DNA from: Candidatus Spongiisociaceae bacterium
GTDB taxonomy: Bacteria > Actinomycetota > Acidimicrobiia > Spongiisociales > Spongiisociaceae
Direction of reading: 5' to 3'
DNA length: 64,000 nt
NCBI GenBank assembly: GCA_965262915.1
Contig: OZ253564.1
Coordinates: 1,088,001 to 1,152,000 of the forward strand
In this document: positions 10,153 to 20,767 of the stretch, in pieces
How positions within the stretch are numbered: the first letter of the stretch is position 1
Layout of the letters: every line of letters begins with the position of its first letter
The notes under the pieces: generated by a model
Databases searched by the model: none
What the model was told of the DNA's origin: nothing
The model's input: the letters and a program-made list of their open reading frames with translations, nothing else
Translations under genes and position numbers: made by a program

Positions 10153-11772
10153 GTGAGCGACAACATCGCGGCTTGCTACCGGCGCGCCGGATGGTGGACC
10201 GGCCAACAGCTGGTGGATCGCTTCGAGTCCCACGTCGCCGAGTCCCCCAACGATCCGGCCGTGGTGAGCGGCCGCGACACCCTGTCACGGGCCGATCTCT
10301 GGAACGCGGCGGGCGAGGCAGCCGAGAAGATCCGTGCCATTGTCGGCGACGCAAGGCGGGTCGTGGTTGTTCATCTGCCCAACTCGGCCTCCTGGATGGT
10401 GATGTTCCTGGCCGTGCTGCGGGCCGGCCACGTCCCGGCGACACCGCCGGTGACCACCGAGACGGACCACCTGCGTCACATCTTCGAGTTGATCAGGCCC
10501 GCTCTCGCCATATCCGTGGACCGGCACCGGCGGGCGTCGCCGGTCGAGGCCGTCCAGGAGGCCGCTGCTCGGACCACCGGGGTGGCTGTGGGCTTGGCTG
10601 GTCGCACGTCTCTCGACATGTACAGCACCGGTGGCGGCTCGAAGGGGACCGACCATGTTCCCGAGGCCAGCGCCCACCTCATGTTCACTTCGAGCACCAC
10701 CGGACCGCCGAAGGCTGTGAGCCACAGCGAGGACTCCCTGGCGACTCTGAACCGGCAGTTCGCGGAGCGATTCGACCTCAACGGCCGCACGCCAGTCTTC
10801 ATGCCGTCTCCCCTCGGGCACAGCGTCGGCGCCATTCACGGTGCCCGGCTGTCGATGTTCCTGGGCGCGCCGCTAATCCTTCAGGACAGGTGGGATGCCG
10901 TCACCGCTCTCGAGCTGGTGGCGCGTCACCGCGCCGCGTTCACCGCCGCGGCGACGCCGTTCCTTGTGGATCTGGCCAATGCCCGGTGGCATGGCGTCGA
11001 GTCCAAGCTGGCCCCGCTCCGGAGCTTCCTGTGCGGCGGCGCGCAGGTGCCACCGGCGCTGATCCGGCGCTGCCGCAGCGAGTTCCCCAACACCTTCGTG
11101 ACGCCGCTCTGGGGCATGACCGAGGGCGGTCTGACCACCTGCGTGGACAGCTCGACCGACCTACAGGTCGAGACCACCGTCGGCATCGGGCTGCCCGGCC
11201 TGGAGCTACGAACCCTCGACGCCGGGATGCGGATGGCAGATTGCGGCGCCGGCGAGCTGGTCATGCGCGGACCCGGAGTGTTCAACGGCTACTTCGGCCA
11301 GCCCGACCTGTACGCTGAGCATCTCGTCGGCGACGGGTTCTTCCGCACCGGCGACCTGGCCCGCATCGACGCCGACGGGTACGTCTCGATCACCGGACGC
11401 GTCAAGGACCTGATCATCCGCGGAGCGGTCAACATCTCGCCGGTCGACACCGAGAACACCATCGCCGCCCACCCCGACGTGGCCGGCGTGGCCGTGATCG
11501 GCTGGCCGGATGAGCGCCTCGGCGAGCGCATCTGCGCGGTCGTCCAGGCCAACGCTCCCCTGGACTTCCGACAAGTCCTGGCCTTCTGCGCAGACCGGGG
11601 CCTGTCCCGCCGCTACTGGCCCGAGCGCCTGGAAGTGGTTGACCGCTTCCCCCGCACGGCCTCGGGCAAGATCCGAAAGCTGCAGCTGCGAAGCGCGCTG
11701 CTCAGCCGTGCCTCCGGCGCCGAAAGCCAGACCTCCGGGACCCGGTCCCGGATCGGGGAGGCAGATCGATGA
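10153..11772 (+). CDS. AMP-binding acyl-CoA ligase (cyclohexanecarboxylate-CoA ligase-like)
   Basis: FTSSTTGPPK, WGMTE, FRTGD, SGKIRK motifs. Confidence 0.9.
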   Translation: MSDNIAACYRRAGWWTGQQLVDRFESHVAESPNDPAVVSGRDTLSRADLWNAAGEAAEKIRAIVGDARRVVVVHLPNSASWMVMFLAVLRAGHVPATPPVTTETDHLRHIFELIRPALAISVDRHRRASPVEAVQEAAARTTGVAVGLAGRTSLDMYSTGGGSKGTDHVPEASAHLMFTSSTTGPPKAVSHSEDSLATLNRQFAERFDLNGRTPVFMPSPLGHSVGAIHGARLSMFLGAPLILQDRWDAVTALELVARHRAAFTAAATPFLVDLANARWHGVESKLAPLRSFLCGGAQVPPALIRRCRSEFPNTFVTPLWGMTEGGLTTCVDSSTDLQVETTVGIGLPGLELRTLDAGMRMADCGAGELVMRGPGVFNGYFGQPDLYAEHLVGDGFFRTGDLARIDADGYVSITGRVKDLIIRGAVNISPVDTENTIAAHPDVAGVAVIGWPDERLGERICAVVQANAPLDFRQVLAFCADRGLSRRYWPERLEVVDRFPRTASGKIRKLQLRSALLSRASGAESQTSGTRSRIGEADR

Positions 11773-12563
11773 CCGCGGTCGAGTTGAACGGCATCGTGGT
11801 CAACTACAGTCGGCATGGCTCGGGCCCGGCAGTTGTGCTGCTCCACGGGCTGGCCGAGGACCATCGCTCATGGGACGCCGTCGCCGCCCATCTAGGGTCC
11901 TTCACCACCTACGCCGTCGACCTCCGAGGCCACGGCCGGACCACTGCCGGCCAGGGTGCCGGTACGCTGTCGCAGTTGAGCGACGACCTGATCATGTTCC
12001 TGAGCGCCGTCAGCGGCCCCGCAGCGGTCGTCGGGTACTCGCTCGGCGGCACCATCGGTCTGGGGGCCGCCACCGTCGCACCAGCCCTGATCCGGCATCT
12101 CGTCGTGGTTGCCACCTCATCGGTCGTCGGGTCGGCCGCAGCCGGATTCTTCGCGGGCCGCATAGCCCAGCTCGAAGCAGGGGACCGGGACGGCTTTGCC
12201 GCCGGCCTGCGCGACGACACGTCGAAGCAGATCATCGCCGACGCGGATCTCGACTCCCTGGCCGCTCGCCGGATGGTCGCGGTCGGAGACGGCCGCGGCT
12301 ACATCAACGCCGCCAGAGCCATGATCGGGATCCGGGCCGAACCACTCAATCCGCTGCTGTCGCAGATCACGGTGCCCCTGGACATCGTCGGAGCGGACCG
12401 CGATGTCTTCTGTCCCCGGCGGGCGTCGGAGATCATCGCCGATGCGGTGCCCCATAGCCGCTTCCACGAGATCGCCGGCGCCGGTCATCTGCTCTCGGTC
12501 GACCGGCCCGAAGCCTACGGCGAGCTGCTCGCTCGGCTCCTGCACGAAACGGACACCCGATGA
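11769..12563 (+). CDS. Alpha/beta hydrolase (enol-lactone hydrolase-like)
   Basis: LLHG, GYSLGG nucleophile motif, AGH; ATGA overlap. Confidence 0.9.
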   Translation: MTAVELNGIVVNYSRHGSGPAVVLLHGLAEDHRSWDAVAAHLGSFTTYAVDLRGHGRTTAGQGAGTLSQLSDDLIMFLSAVSGPAAVVGYSLGGTIGLGAATVAPALIRHLVVVATSSVVGSAAAGFFAGRIAQLEAGDRDGFAAGLRDDTSKQIIADADLDSLAARRMVAVGDGRGYINAARAMIGIRAEPLNPLLSQITVPLDIVGADRDVFCPRRASEIIADAVPHSRFHEIAGAGHLLSVDRPEAYGELLARLLHETDTR

Positions 12564-13573
12564 CACACAGGTACGGCATCTCGCTGGGGGTGAGCCCCCG
12601 AGAGCCCTTGAGCCGCACGTCCGAGCTGGCCCGGGCCATCGACGAGAGCGGCTTCGATGTCCTGTGGTACATAGACTTCCAGCTCGGAATGAAAGACGTG
12701 TACGCGGCCATGAACCTGGCCGCGCTGTCCACCGAGCGGGTGCTCATCGGAGCGGGCGTCACCAATCTCGTGACCCGGCACCCCACCGTCACCGCCAACG
12801 CCACGGCCGCTCTCGACGAGCTCTCCGGCGGTCGAGCCGTGCTCGGCCTCGGCGCGGGCTGGTCAGCAGTGCTGGGCGCCGGGGGCAAGCCATCGAAGCT
12901 GGGCGACCTGCGCGCCGGGATCGACGGGTTCCGCCAACTGTTCACCGGCGAGGCATGCGAGCTCTACGGCACCCGGGTTCGCCTGGCGACCGCCACCCGC
13001 CAGATACCTATATATCTCGCCGCGTCGCAGCCGGCGATGCTGCGCCTGGCCGGTGAGATCTGCGACGGTGTCGTGCTGATGGGCGCCGCCGACCCCGAGT
13101 TCTGCTCGTGGCAACTCGACTTCATATACGAGGGCCTGGAGGCATCCGGGCGTGATCGGGCGGAGCTGACGGTCGACCTGTTCGTCACCATGTCGGTAGG
13201 TGACGACGAGACAGGAGCCATCGAAGACATCAGGGCCTGGGCCACGAGCCAGGCAGCCACCTTCCACCCTTGGAAACGCATGCCACCGGCATGGGAGAGA
13301 TTCCGCCCCGAGTTCGCGCGGGCTGCCGGCGCCTACCAGCTGGTCGATCACCTCTCACTACAGGCCCGGCACCGCCAGATCGTGTCGGACGACTTCGCCC
13401 GGTCGGTGGCGCTGGCGGGCGACCTGGACACGTGTGTCGATCGACTCCGGCGGCTCTGGCGACTCGATATCGACCGCATCACGTTCGCGCTCCTGTCGGG
13501 CGGGCGGCAGCAGCGTCTCGCTCACCTGTCCGACACCGTGATACCCGCCGTGGAATCAGCCGGGGGGAGCTGA
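12560..13573 (+). CDS. LLM-class (luciferase-like, Mer-like) oxidoreductase
   Basis: [30 protein letters not shown]. Confidence 0.9.
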   Translation: MTHRYGISLGVSPREPLSRTSELARAIDESGFDVLWYIDFQLGMKDVYAAMNLAALSTERVLIGAGVTNLVTRHPTVTANATAALDELSGGRAVLGLGAGWSAVLGAGGKPSKLGDLRAGIDGFRQLFTGEACELYGTRVRLATATRQIPIYLAASQPAMLRLAGEICDGVVLMGAADPEFCSWQLDFIYEGLEASGRDRAELTVDLFVTMSVGDDETGAIEDIRAWATSQAATFHPWKRMPPAWERFRPEFARAAGAYQLVDHLSLQARHRQIVSDDFARSVALAGDLDTCVDRLRRLWRLDIDRITFALLSGGRQQRLAHLSDTVIPAVESAGGS

Positions 13574-14334
13574 TGGCCAACGACATGCCGGTGGCGCTCG
13601 TCACCGCGGCCGCGGGAGCCGGAATCGGAGCGGCGGTGGTGCGCCGGCTCGCCGCGGACGGCTTCGACGTCGTGGTGACCGACGCCCACGAGCGCCGATG
13701 CCGGGAGTTCGCCCGGGCCCTGTCCGGCAAGCTCGGGCGGGACGTCCTCTACTACCACCTCGACGTGACCGACCACGCGCAGGTGCGTGCCGTGATCGAG
13801 GATGTTGTGACCCGGAGGGCTCGTCTCGATGTGCTGGTGAACAACGCGGGATGGTCGAAGATCGAGCCGGTGGCCGAGATGTCCCTCGAAACCTGGCAGC
13901 GCTGCCTCGATGTGGATCTCACCGGCACGTTCGCATGCATGCGCTACGCGCTCCCCGCCATGATCGCCAGCGGCGGCGGCTCGATCATCAACATCTCGTC
14001 GATCGCGGCGTGGGAGATGTCGACCGATCATGGCGCGGCCTACTCAGCCGCCAAAGCCGGCGTCCTGGCTCTCACCCGGGTCGCCGCGGCCGAGAACGGA
14101 GTCCACGGAGTGCGCGTCAATGCCGTAGCGCCCGGCCTCATCCACAACGACTTCCTCCGCAGGATCTACCCCCAAGAGTTCTTCGACCGCTACCTGTCCG
14201 ACAAAGCGTTCCTGGGCCGGGTAGGCCGACCCGACGATGTCGCGAGCATGGTTTCGTTCCTGGCCTCGGACGAAGCGAGCTACGTGACGGGCGAGGTGTT
14301 CACCGTCTCGGGTGGTGTGTCCGCTCGTGGATGA
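13573..14334 (+). CDS. SDR family oxidoreductase
   Basis: [18 protein letters not shown]. Confidence 0.92.
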   Translation: MANDMPVALVTAAAGAGIGAAVVRRLAADGFDVVVTDAHERRCREFARALSGKLGRDVLYYHLDVTDHAQVRAVIEDVVTRRARLDVLVNNAGWSKIEPVAEMSLETWQRCLDVDLTGTFACMRYALPAMIASGGGSIINISSIAAWEMSTDHGAAYSAAKAGVLALTRVAAAENGVHGVRVNAVAPGLIHNDFLRRIYPQEFFDRYLSDKAFLGRVGRPDDVASMVSFLASDEASYVTGEVFTVSGGVSARG

Positions 14335-15706
14335 CGGCCCCCTCTGGTGGCCCGTGCAGCGGCTCCTCGAGGCCTACCGCGACGGCTCGCTCTCACCCGT
14401 CGAGGTCGCGGAACTGGCCCAGGCGCGCATCGCCGAGATCGATCCGATCCTCCACGCATTCGTCCTGGCCACCCCCGAGCTGTCCCGGCGCCAGGCCGTT
14501 GCAGCCGAGGCCGCCTACAGGAACGGCAGCCCGGGCCCTCTCGCCGGCGTCCCGGTCTCGATCAAGGATGCCTTCCACATCGAGGGCCACGTCACCACGC
14601 TCGGTTCGCTGGCCCATGCCAACGATGTGGCCCGCCAAGACTCCGGCGCCGTGCGCCGGCTGCGCAGGGCCGGAGCCGTGATCGTCGGCAAGACCAACGT
14701 CCCGGAGTTCTGCCAATCGGCCACCACCGACAACCTGCTCGGTCCCGACACCGCCAACCCTTTCGACCCCGACCGCACCGCGGGAGGGTCCAGCGGCGGC
14801 GCCGCAGCCTCGGTCGCTGCGGGGGCCTGCACTCTCGGGCTCGGTTCCGACGGGGGAGGCTCGATCCGTATTCCGGCGGCGTTCTGCGGCCTCGTGGGCC
14901 TCAAGCCCACCTACGGCGCCGTGGACGATGCCGCTGGTTTCGAGGCGTTCAGCCCGTTCATCTCCATCGGGCCGCTGGCCCGATCAATTGCCGACGCCCG
15001 CTACATGCATTCCGTGCTTTCCGCAGATGGCATCGCAACCGCAGGTACGCGGGTCGGGACTGGCCCGCTTCGTGTCGCGTGGTGCGCCAACCCGGAGAAT
15101 CGTCCGGTTGACGCCGGTGTCGGTGACGTTGTGGCGTCGGCGGTGCACAAACTCGCCGTCCGCGGGCACCGGGTCAGCAGCGTGGAGCTGGACCTCGGGG
15201 GATGGGAGGAGATATTCGGGCCGATCGTGCTGGCCGAGGAGGGTGAGCGCCGAGGGCACCTGCTCGACGGTCCCCACCGGTTGACAAGATACCAGGAGCG
15301 GTTCCTGAGAGCGGCCGAACAGCTCGATCCGGTGGCCGTCGCCGGGGCCCGCTCGGCCCTCGTGGAGTACCGGGCCCGGGTGGATCGGTACTTCCGCGAC
15401 TACGACGTCCTCGTCACCCCCGCCACCGCCACCACCGCCTTCGAACTCGGACACCGGCCGACGACCATTGCCGGCCGACGGGTTGGGCGGCTCTGGGGGC
15501 CATTCCCGTTCGCGGCTCCCTTCAACGTCTCCGGGCATCCCGCAGTAGTGCTCCCGGCAGGATTCGTGGACGGCCTACCGACCGCCATCCAGCTGGTCGG
15601 ACGGTACGGGGCCGACCTTCACCTGCTGTCGCTCGCGGAGCGACTCGAAGCGGAGCTGAACGTCCGGCCCTTCGCCCGGCTGCCGTCCCGTATCTCACTC
15701 TCATGA
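14312..15706 (+). CDS. Amidase (amidase signature family)
   Basis: [23 protein letters not shown]; true start may be GTG at 14327. Confidence 0.92.
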   Translation: MVCPLVDDGPLWWPVQRLLEAYRDGSLSPVEVAELAQARIAEIDPILHAFVLATPELSRRQAVAAEAAYRNGSPGPLAGVPVSIKDAFHIEGHVTTLGSLAHANDVARQDSGAVRRLRRAGAVIVGKTNVPEFCQSATTDNLLGPDTANPFDPDRTAGGSSGGAAASVAAGACTLGLGSDGGGSIRIPAAFCGLVGLKPTYGAVDDAAGFEAFSPFISIGPLARSIADARYMHSVLSADGIATAGTRVGTGPLRVAWCANPENRPVDAGVGDVVASAVHKLAVRGHRVSSVELDLGGWEEIFGPIVLAEEGERRGHLLDGPHRLTRYQERFLRAAEQLDPVAVAGARSALVEYRARVDRYFRDYDVLVTPATATTAFELGHRPTTIAGRRVGRLWGPFPFAAPFNVSGHPAVVLPAGFVDGLPTAIQLVGRYGADLHLLSLAERLEAELNVRPFARLPSRISLS

Positions 15707-16479
15707 GCGGCGTAACCCGCAGGATCGATGGCTCCACTCTCCTCTTGGAGATCAGCCGGCCGGATCGTGCCAACGCTCTTCGGTGCCGGACGATTCGCGA
15801 ACTCGAAGCCCAACTGGATGCAGCCGAAGCGCCCGAGTCCGGCGCTCGCCTCCCGGGCACCGGTGTCAGCGGAGTGGTCATTACCGGGGGCTCCAGACGT
15901 TTCAGCGCCGGAGCGGACCTCGCCGAGTTCACCGGATCGATCGAGGATCTCAGGTTCGATGACGAGCTCGAACGGCTCTGCCGCCGCATTACCCACAGCC
16001 CGCTGCCTATGGTGGCCGCCGTCGAGGGTGCCTGCTACGGCGCAGCCGTCGACCTGGCGTGGGCCTGCGATGCGGTCGTGGTTTCGGATGAGGCGCGCCT
16101 CGCCTTACCGTCGACCAGATTGGGGATCCTGTACAACCCGGTGTCGGTGGCCCGCCTGCATTCCCGGCTCGGTTCCTCCACCGTGCGCCGTCTCATGGTT
16201 CTGCAGCAGGAGCTGGCGGGTGGGGAGTTGCCGCCCGGCTCCGCCATCGTGGTGCCACCCGGCGCCGCGGTCGGGACCGCAGTGCGCCTCGTGCAAGCAG
16301 TCTCCGCGGACCGCGGTGCCATGATGGCCAGCAAGACCCTGCTCGCGTCCCTGGACAGTGGCGCCGAGTTCGACGCCGCCCAGTGGCAGGCCATGCGAGA
16401 GGCTCGATTGGTCTCACCGGCCCGCCGGGTGGCACTCGAGACCCAGCGGGCCTCGATCACGAGCGAGGAGAGGGCATGA
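15703..16479 (+). CDS. Enoyl-CoA hydratase/isomerase family protein
   Basis: RPDRANAL, FSAGADL, GACYGA. Confidence 0.88.
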   Translation: MSGVTRRIDGSTLLLEISRPDRANALRCRTIRELEAQLDAAEAPESGARLPGTGVSGVVITGGSRRFSAGADLAEFTGSIEDLRFDDELERLCRRITHSPLPMVAAVEGACYGAAVDLAWACDAVVVSDEARLALPSTRLGILYNPVSVARLHSRLGSSTVRRLMVLQQELAGGELPPGSAIVVPPGAAVGTAVRLVQAVSADRGAMMASKTLLASLDSGAEFDAAQWQAMREARLVSPARRVALETQRASITSEERA

Positions 16480-17261
16480 AGCTGAAGGATCTGGCCGGCT
16501 ACGACCTAGGCACGCGCACCGTCGAGTTCTCAGCCGACGATGCCATCCTCTACGCACTCGCCGTAGGTGCCTCCGCCTCGCAACTCGACCTGGTCTACGA
16601 GCGATACCTGCGGGTCCTACCGACCTATGCCTGCGCGCTGGGCCTATGGGCGGTGGAGGCGGCCGGCAAGCTGGATGCTTACGATCCCACCCGGTCGCTT
16701 CATGTCGGCCAGAGCCTGAGTGTCCACGAGCCCCTGCAGCCCGGACCGACCCCGATAAGCGGCCGTGTCCGCTCCGTCCACGACAAGCTCCACCTCACGA
16801 TCGTCCACATCGACGTGGTGGCCTCCAGTTTCGACGCCGGTTATACGATCCTGCTGCCCGGGGTGGGAGGCTGGGGCGGCGATCCGCCTCCGCCGACCGG
16901 GACGGTCCCTGGACTGGCGCCGACCTGGACCGGATCGGCCCACGTAGGGCCTGAGGCAGCGGTGCTCTACCGGCTCACCGGCGACAAGCATCCCGTTCAC
17001 GTCGACCCATCCGTGGCGGCCGCTATGGGGCTGGACCGGCCGATCCTGCACGGGTTGGCCACGATGGGTATCACAGCCAGAGTCGCGGCCGAGTCCGTGA
17101 GCGCCCATCCAGCGGACCTCTCCGCAGCCACGGTGCGCTTCTCCAAACCCGTCTACCCCGGATGCCGGCTGCGGATCGACGCCGAGACCCACCAGGCGAC
17201 CGCCTGTGTCGAGGCCTCGGTCGACGGAACTACGACCATGACGGGCACATTCACCTACTGA
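16476..17261 (+). CDS. MaoC-type double hot-dog dehydratase
   Basis: LYRLTGDKHPVHVDP, PILHGL; ATGA overlap. Confidence 0.9.
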   Translation: MKLKDLAGYDLGTRTVEFSADDAILYALAVGASASQLDLVYERYLRVLPTYACALGLWAVEAAGKLDAYDPTRSLHVGQSLSVHEPLQPGPTPISGRVRSVHDKLHLTIVHIDVVASSFDAGYTILLPGVGGWGGDPPPPTGTVPGLAPTWTGSAHVGPEAAVLYRLTGDKHPVHVDPSVAAAMGLDRPILHGLATMGITARVAAESVSAHPADLSAATVRFSKPVYPGCRLRIDAETHQATACVEASVDGTTTMTGTFTY

Positions 17262-17280
17262 TCGACGCCGCCAAGCATGC

Positions 17281-17420
17281 TCACGCTACACGTGCAAAGT
17301 CAAGGCTCTCCCTGACGGATCGACGCAGCCATTCGTGGTCGTCGTCGCCGATCACCTCTAGCATGCTACGTCCCCCGTATTCCTCAGCGGGGCGCCGCGC
17401 CACGACTGCGGGCATGCCTT
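17281..17420 (-). pseudogene. Possible C-terminal remnant of an Xre/MbcA-like antitoxin
   Basis: [21 protein letters not shown] motif only. Confidence 0.3.
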
Positions 17421-17654
17421 CGCCAGGTGGCCTATGCGGGGATTGGCTTCGTTCCGCATCCACTCGCCGTACGCCTTTACGTCGGCGGCCAAGCCCTGGG
17501 CACCGGACCAGGTCATGCGATCGCGATCGTTGTCGGGATGTAGGGCGGACGGCGCGAGGAGCGGGTTGGGATCTCCAGCGTGGCCCTCTGGATCAGTTCC
17601 GCTACCGGGTTCAGGTCCCCTGACAGAGCCTTCAATCCGGAGGCGCCGGGCTTA

Positions 17655-18012
17655 CAACGGGCAGTCGCTGTCGACACTATCGGGAGGAGAGGCGCAGCGG
17701 CTGAAACTAGCCGCCGAACTCACCAAAACCGGCAACACCTATCTCATGGACGAACCAAGCACAGGGCTCCACCGGCTCGACATCGATTGGCTGCTCGACA
17801 TCATTGACCGCCTAATCAACATCGGCAATACCGTCATCATCGTCGAGCACAACCTCGACATCATCTCCGCCGCCGACTGGATCATCGACATCGGCCCCGA
17901 AGGCGGCAAGAACGGCGGCACCATCATCGCCACAGGCACCCCAGAGACAATCGCCACCCACCACCAAAGCTACACCGGGCAGTACCTCAAGACCCGGCTC
18001 GACACCGCATAG
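17655..18012 (+). pseudogene. UvrA-like ABC ATPase, C-terminal fragment
   Basis: [33 protein letters not shown]. Confidence 0.88.
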
Positions 18013-18127
18013 CATCGACAGCACCTCACCCCCAGCGGAGGACTACTCCCAACGCTGCCCCGCATCCCTCAACGGCCAAAACGAGCGGTTCCACCGGGTC
18101 GACTGTTTAGAGCTGCGGCGACGGCGC

Positions 18128-18470
18128 CCTAGTCCCAGGTCAGCGACTTTCGGAGCTGTTTTGGGTAGCGTCGTGATCGACAACGCTATAGCGTCGCGTA
18201 CGGCTTGGGCACCATGGCCGGCGAGAGCGGGACCGTTTTTGACCCGGTGCTGTTCGCCGTGGCCTTGCATGGGTGGGAGGTGCAACAGCAACGTGAACCG
18301 GGTGGTCTGCTCAACAAGCGTTCCGATCGCGGAACTGTGACGTCCGAGGATCAAGTCACCTTCCCAGTGGCCTGGCACTCCCCGGTCGTCGGCCTCGGCC
18401 GGTCGTTCGCTGATCATGATCTCGGGGCTGACGAACTTGTTGGCCCGCCGCCGGGTCCGGGCCCTCGGGA
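18128..18470 (-). mobile_element. IS30 family transposase fragment
   Basis: [24 protein letters not shown]; frameshifted KSLTWD. Confidence 0.85.
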
Positions 18471-19182
18471 CTCCCAGCGCTCGCCTCACCTCGGGTGTCA
18501 ACCTCGGGGCCCACGAGCGCCCCGAGCCGGGAGTTCGCAGCACCGACACGACCGATTGCGCGGCATGCACCTTGCCCCACTACAGCGCCGTAGATGCGGT
18601 AGGGGAGATGTGAGCAGGGGGAACTGGATCGAGGGGGCAACCTGGAAGGGGGACGGGGGAGGATTGGAGTGGGGGGAGGTGTAGAAAGGGTGGGGGCGGG
18701 GGTGGTGTTGGTAGTGCCGGAGTTCGGAAGGAAAGATGGTTCGAGGGGTGGGTGGTCGGAGGTTGGGTGAGGAGGTGTGGGGTGATCCGGGAGGTTGGGT
18801 ATGAATGATCGAAGCGCTCTGGCTGGAAGCCCTGGGGGTGTTTGAACTTATCGCGGTCCATGGGGAGCGTCCTTCACCAGGCCGGTCCTGTCGAGTTCGG
18901 GCACTCGGTCTCTGAGGGAGATGTTGCGGCCAGGTGCGAGCGGGCTGTGGGGTGGACCGTTCGGCTTGCGTTAAGGGGTGCCAGAGGATGTCTGGAGTTC
19001 CTCGGCCATCGGGGGGAACTCCAACACCACCCTCCCTCGCAGTTGGCTGACCCTGGTTTCGATCATTTCGCGAGAGAGCGTCGGTAGCCGATTACGCCTT
19101 GATGTGTGACGCCATCGAGATCAGGTCTGCATTGATTCCGACTCGTAGGGGGCCTCTGCGCTCGCAGAGGTAGAGTCATGGC

Positions 19183-20532
19183 ATGGCGATGCCACTTCCG
19201 CTTGCGGTGCCATGGCGCTTTCCGGAATTCTGGGCCGGTATTCGAGCCGAGGTGTGGTCGGCTCTCGGGCTGCCTCCCACTGTGTACGCGGACGAAGCGT
19301 TGTTCGCTGATGAGCAAAGCAGACTCTTCGGCCGCTCGTGGACCGGTGTGGCACTGGCTGCCGAACTATCCCTGCCGGGCCGGCTTCTCGTACGGTCGGT
19401 GGGCGGGAAGTCCGTGTTGTTGACCCGGTCCGGAGAGCAGTTGCGGGGATTCATGAACTCATGCCGTCACCGGGGGACGGAGCTGGCCGAAGCCGACTGC
19501 GATATAGCGGGCACCATTCGGTGTCCGTACCATCGCTGGAGCTACTCGACCGATGGTCGGTTGCTCGCGGCGCCGCTGTTCGCAGCGTCGCCGCCATCGG
19601 ATTTCGACCCCGCAGACTGGCGTCTTGTCCCCGTGCGCGTGGACACTTGGGGTCCCATCGTGTTCGTCTGCTTTGATGAGCAGACACCGCCGCTGGACGT
19701 ATGGCTCGGTGATCTGCCCGAGCGTTTAGCCGGCTACCGCTTGGACGAGTGGCAGCCCGCCCACCTTGACGGGGCGGCATGCACGTTCGATGTCGCGGCC
19801 AACTGGAAACTCATAGTTGAGAATTTCGCCGAGTACTACCACCTGCCGTGGGTGCATCCGAAGCTGGCCAAGGTGTCACGGGTCAAGGACCACTACCGCT
19901 ATCAGGGTCCGGGGATGTATTGCGGGCAGACCACGACGCCGGTTTCGGGGGATAAACACGACGACTGGCTGGTATTGCCCCCCGTGGGTGGTTTGGACGC
20001 CTCGGATGCTGCTAGCGGAAGGTTCATCGCTTTGTTCCCCAACGTTTTGCTTGCTGTGCTGCCGAACCATGTGTTCCTCATGCTGCTCGAGCCGCTGAGC
20101 GTCGGTCGGACCCTTGAGCACTGCACCTTCCTGTTTCCGCCGGGTACGGTGCCGGCGACCGATGACGAGCAGGGGCGGCAGCGGTTTGCCGAAGGGTTCG
20201 AGACCACTCAGCGCTTCTGGATCGAAGTGAACGATGAGGACATCGACATATGCGGACGAGTTCAGCGAGGTATCGCCCGGGCCGGCGCGCCGCCAGGTCC
20301 CATGGCTCCGCGTTTCGAAGAACCGTTGAACCGCCTCCACAAGATGACGGCCGATCTCATGACGCTCGAGTCGGTTGCCGACCTCGCGGTTCCGGCAGGA
20401 GACCGGCCGGGCGACGTTGACCTCTTCGGTACCAAGCCGAACCCCATGCCGCCGCTCATCGAGGCCAACGCCACACTACGGGGAGCGGAGGCCAACGGTC
20501 CTACCTCACCCGACAACAGAGTGCGCGGGTAG
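19183..20532 (+). CDS. Rieske non-heme iron oxygenase alpha subunit (choline monooxygenase-like)
   Basis: CRH...CPYH Rieske motif; ENFAEYYH...H; EDIDIC; start uncertain. Confidence 0.9.
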   Translation: MAMPLPLAVPWRFPEFWAGIRAEVWSALGLPPTVYADEALFADEQSRLFGRSWTGVALAAELSLPGRLLVRSVGGKSVLLTRSGEQLRGFMNSCRHRGTELAEADCDIAGTIRCPYHRWSYSTDGRLLAAPLFAASPPSDFDPADWRLVPVRVDTWGPIVFVCFDEQTPPLDVWLGDLPERLAGYRLDEWQPAHLDGAACTFDVAANWKLIVENFAEYYHLPWVHPKLAKVSRVKDHYRYQGPGMYCGQTTTPVSGDKHDDWLVLPPVGGLDASDAASGRFIALFPNVLLAVLPNHVFLMLLEPLSVGRTLEHCTFLFPPGTVPATDDEQGRQRFAEGFETTQRFWIEVNDEDIDICGRVQRGIARAGAPPGPMAPRFEEPLNRLHKMTADLMTLESVADLAVPAGDRPGDVDLFGTKPNPMPPLIEANATLRGAEANGPTSPDNRVRG

Positions 20533-20702
20533 GCAGACCTCCGACCGCCCCCACCAATAGACCCAACCCGCTTCCGGCCAAAATCCCTGGTCCTCGAAGT
20601 AGACGCATCAGCCACCGGAGTCGGTGTTCCCCCAGGTGAGCACCTACCCGCGCACCCTGCCAACCCCATCACCAAGAAGCGACCAACCACCACGGTGACC
20701 GA

Positions 20703-20730
20703 GTACCCGGGATGGGATTCGAACCCACAC
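20703..20730 (-). pseudogene. tRNA 3'-end fragment (Leu-like T-arm plus acceptor strand)
   Basis: Minus strand GTGTGGGTTCGAATCCCATCCCGGGTAC; no recognisable D or anticodon arm. Confidence 0.6.
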
Positions 20731-20767
20731 CACTCAGGGGAGGAGTTGGCCACTGTAAAACTCTAAG

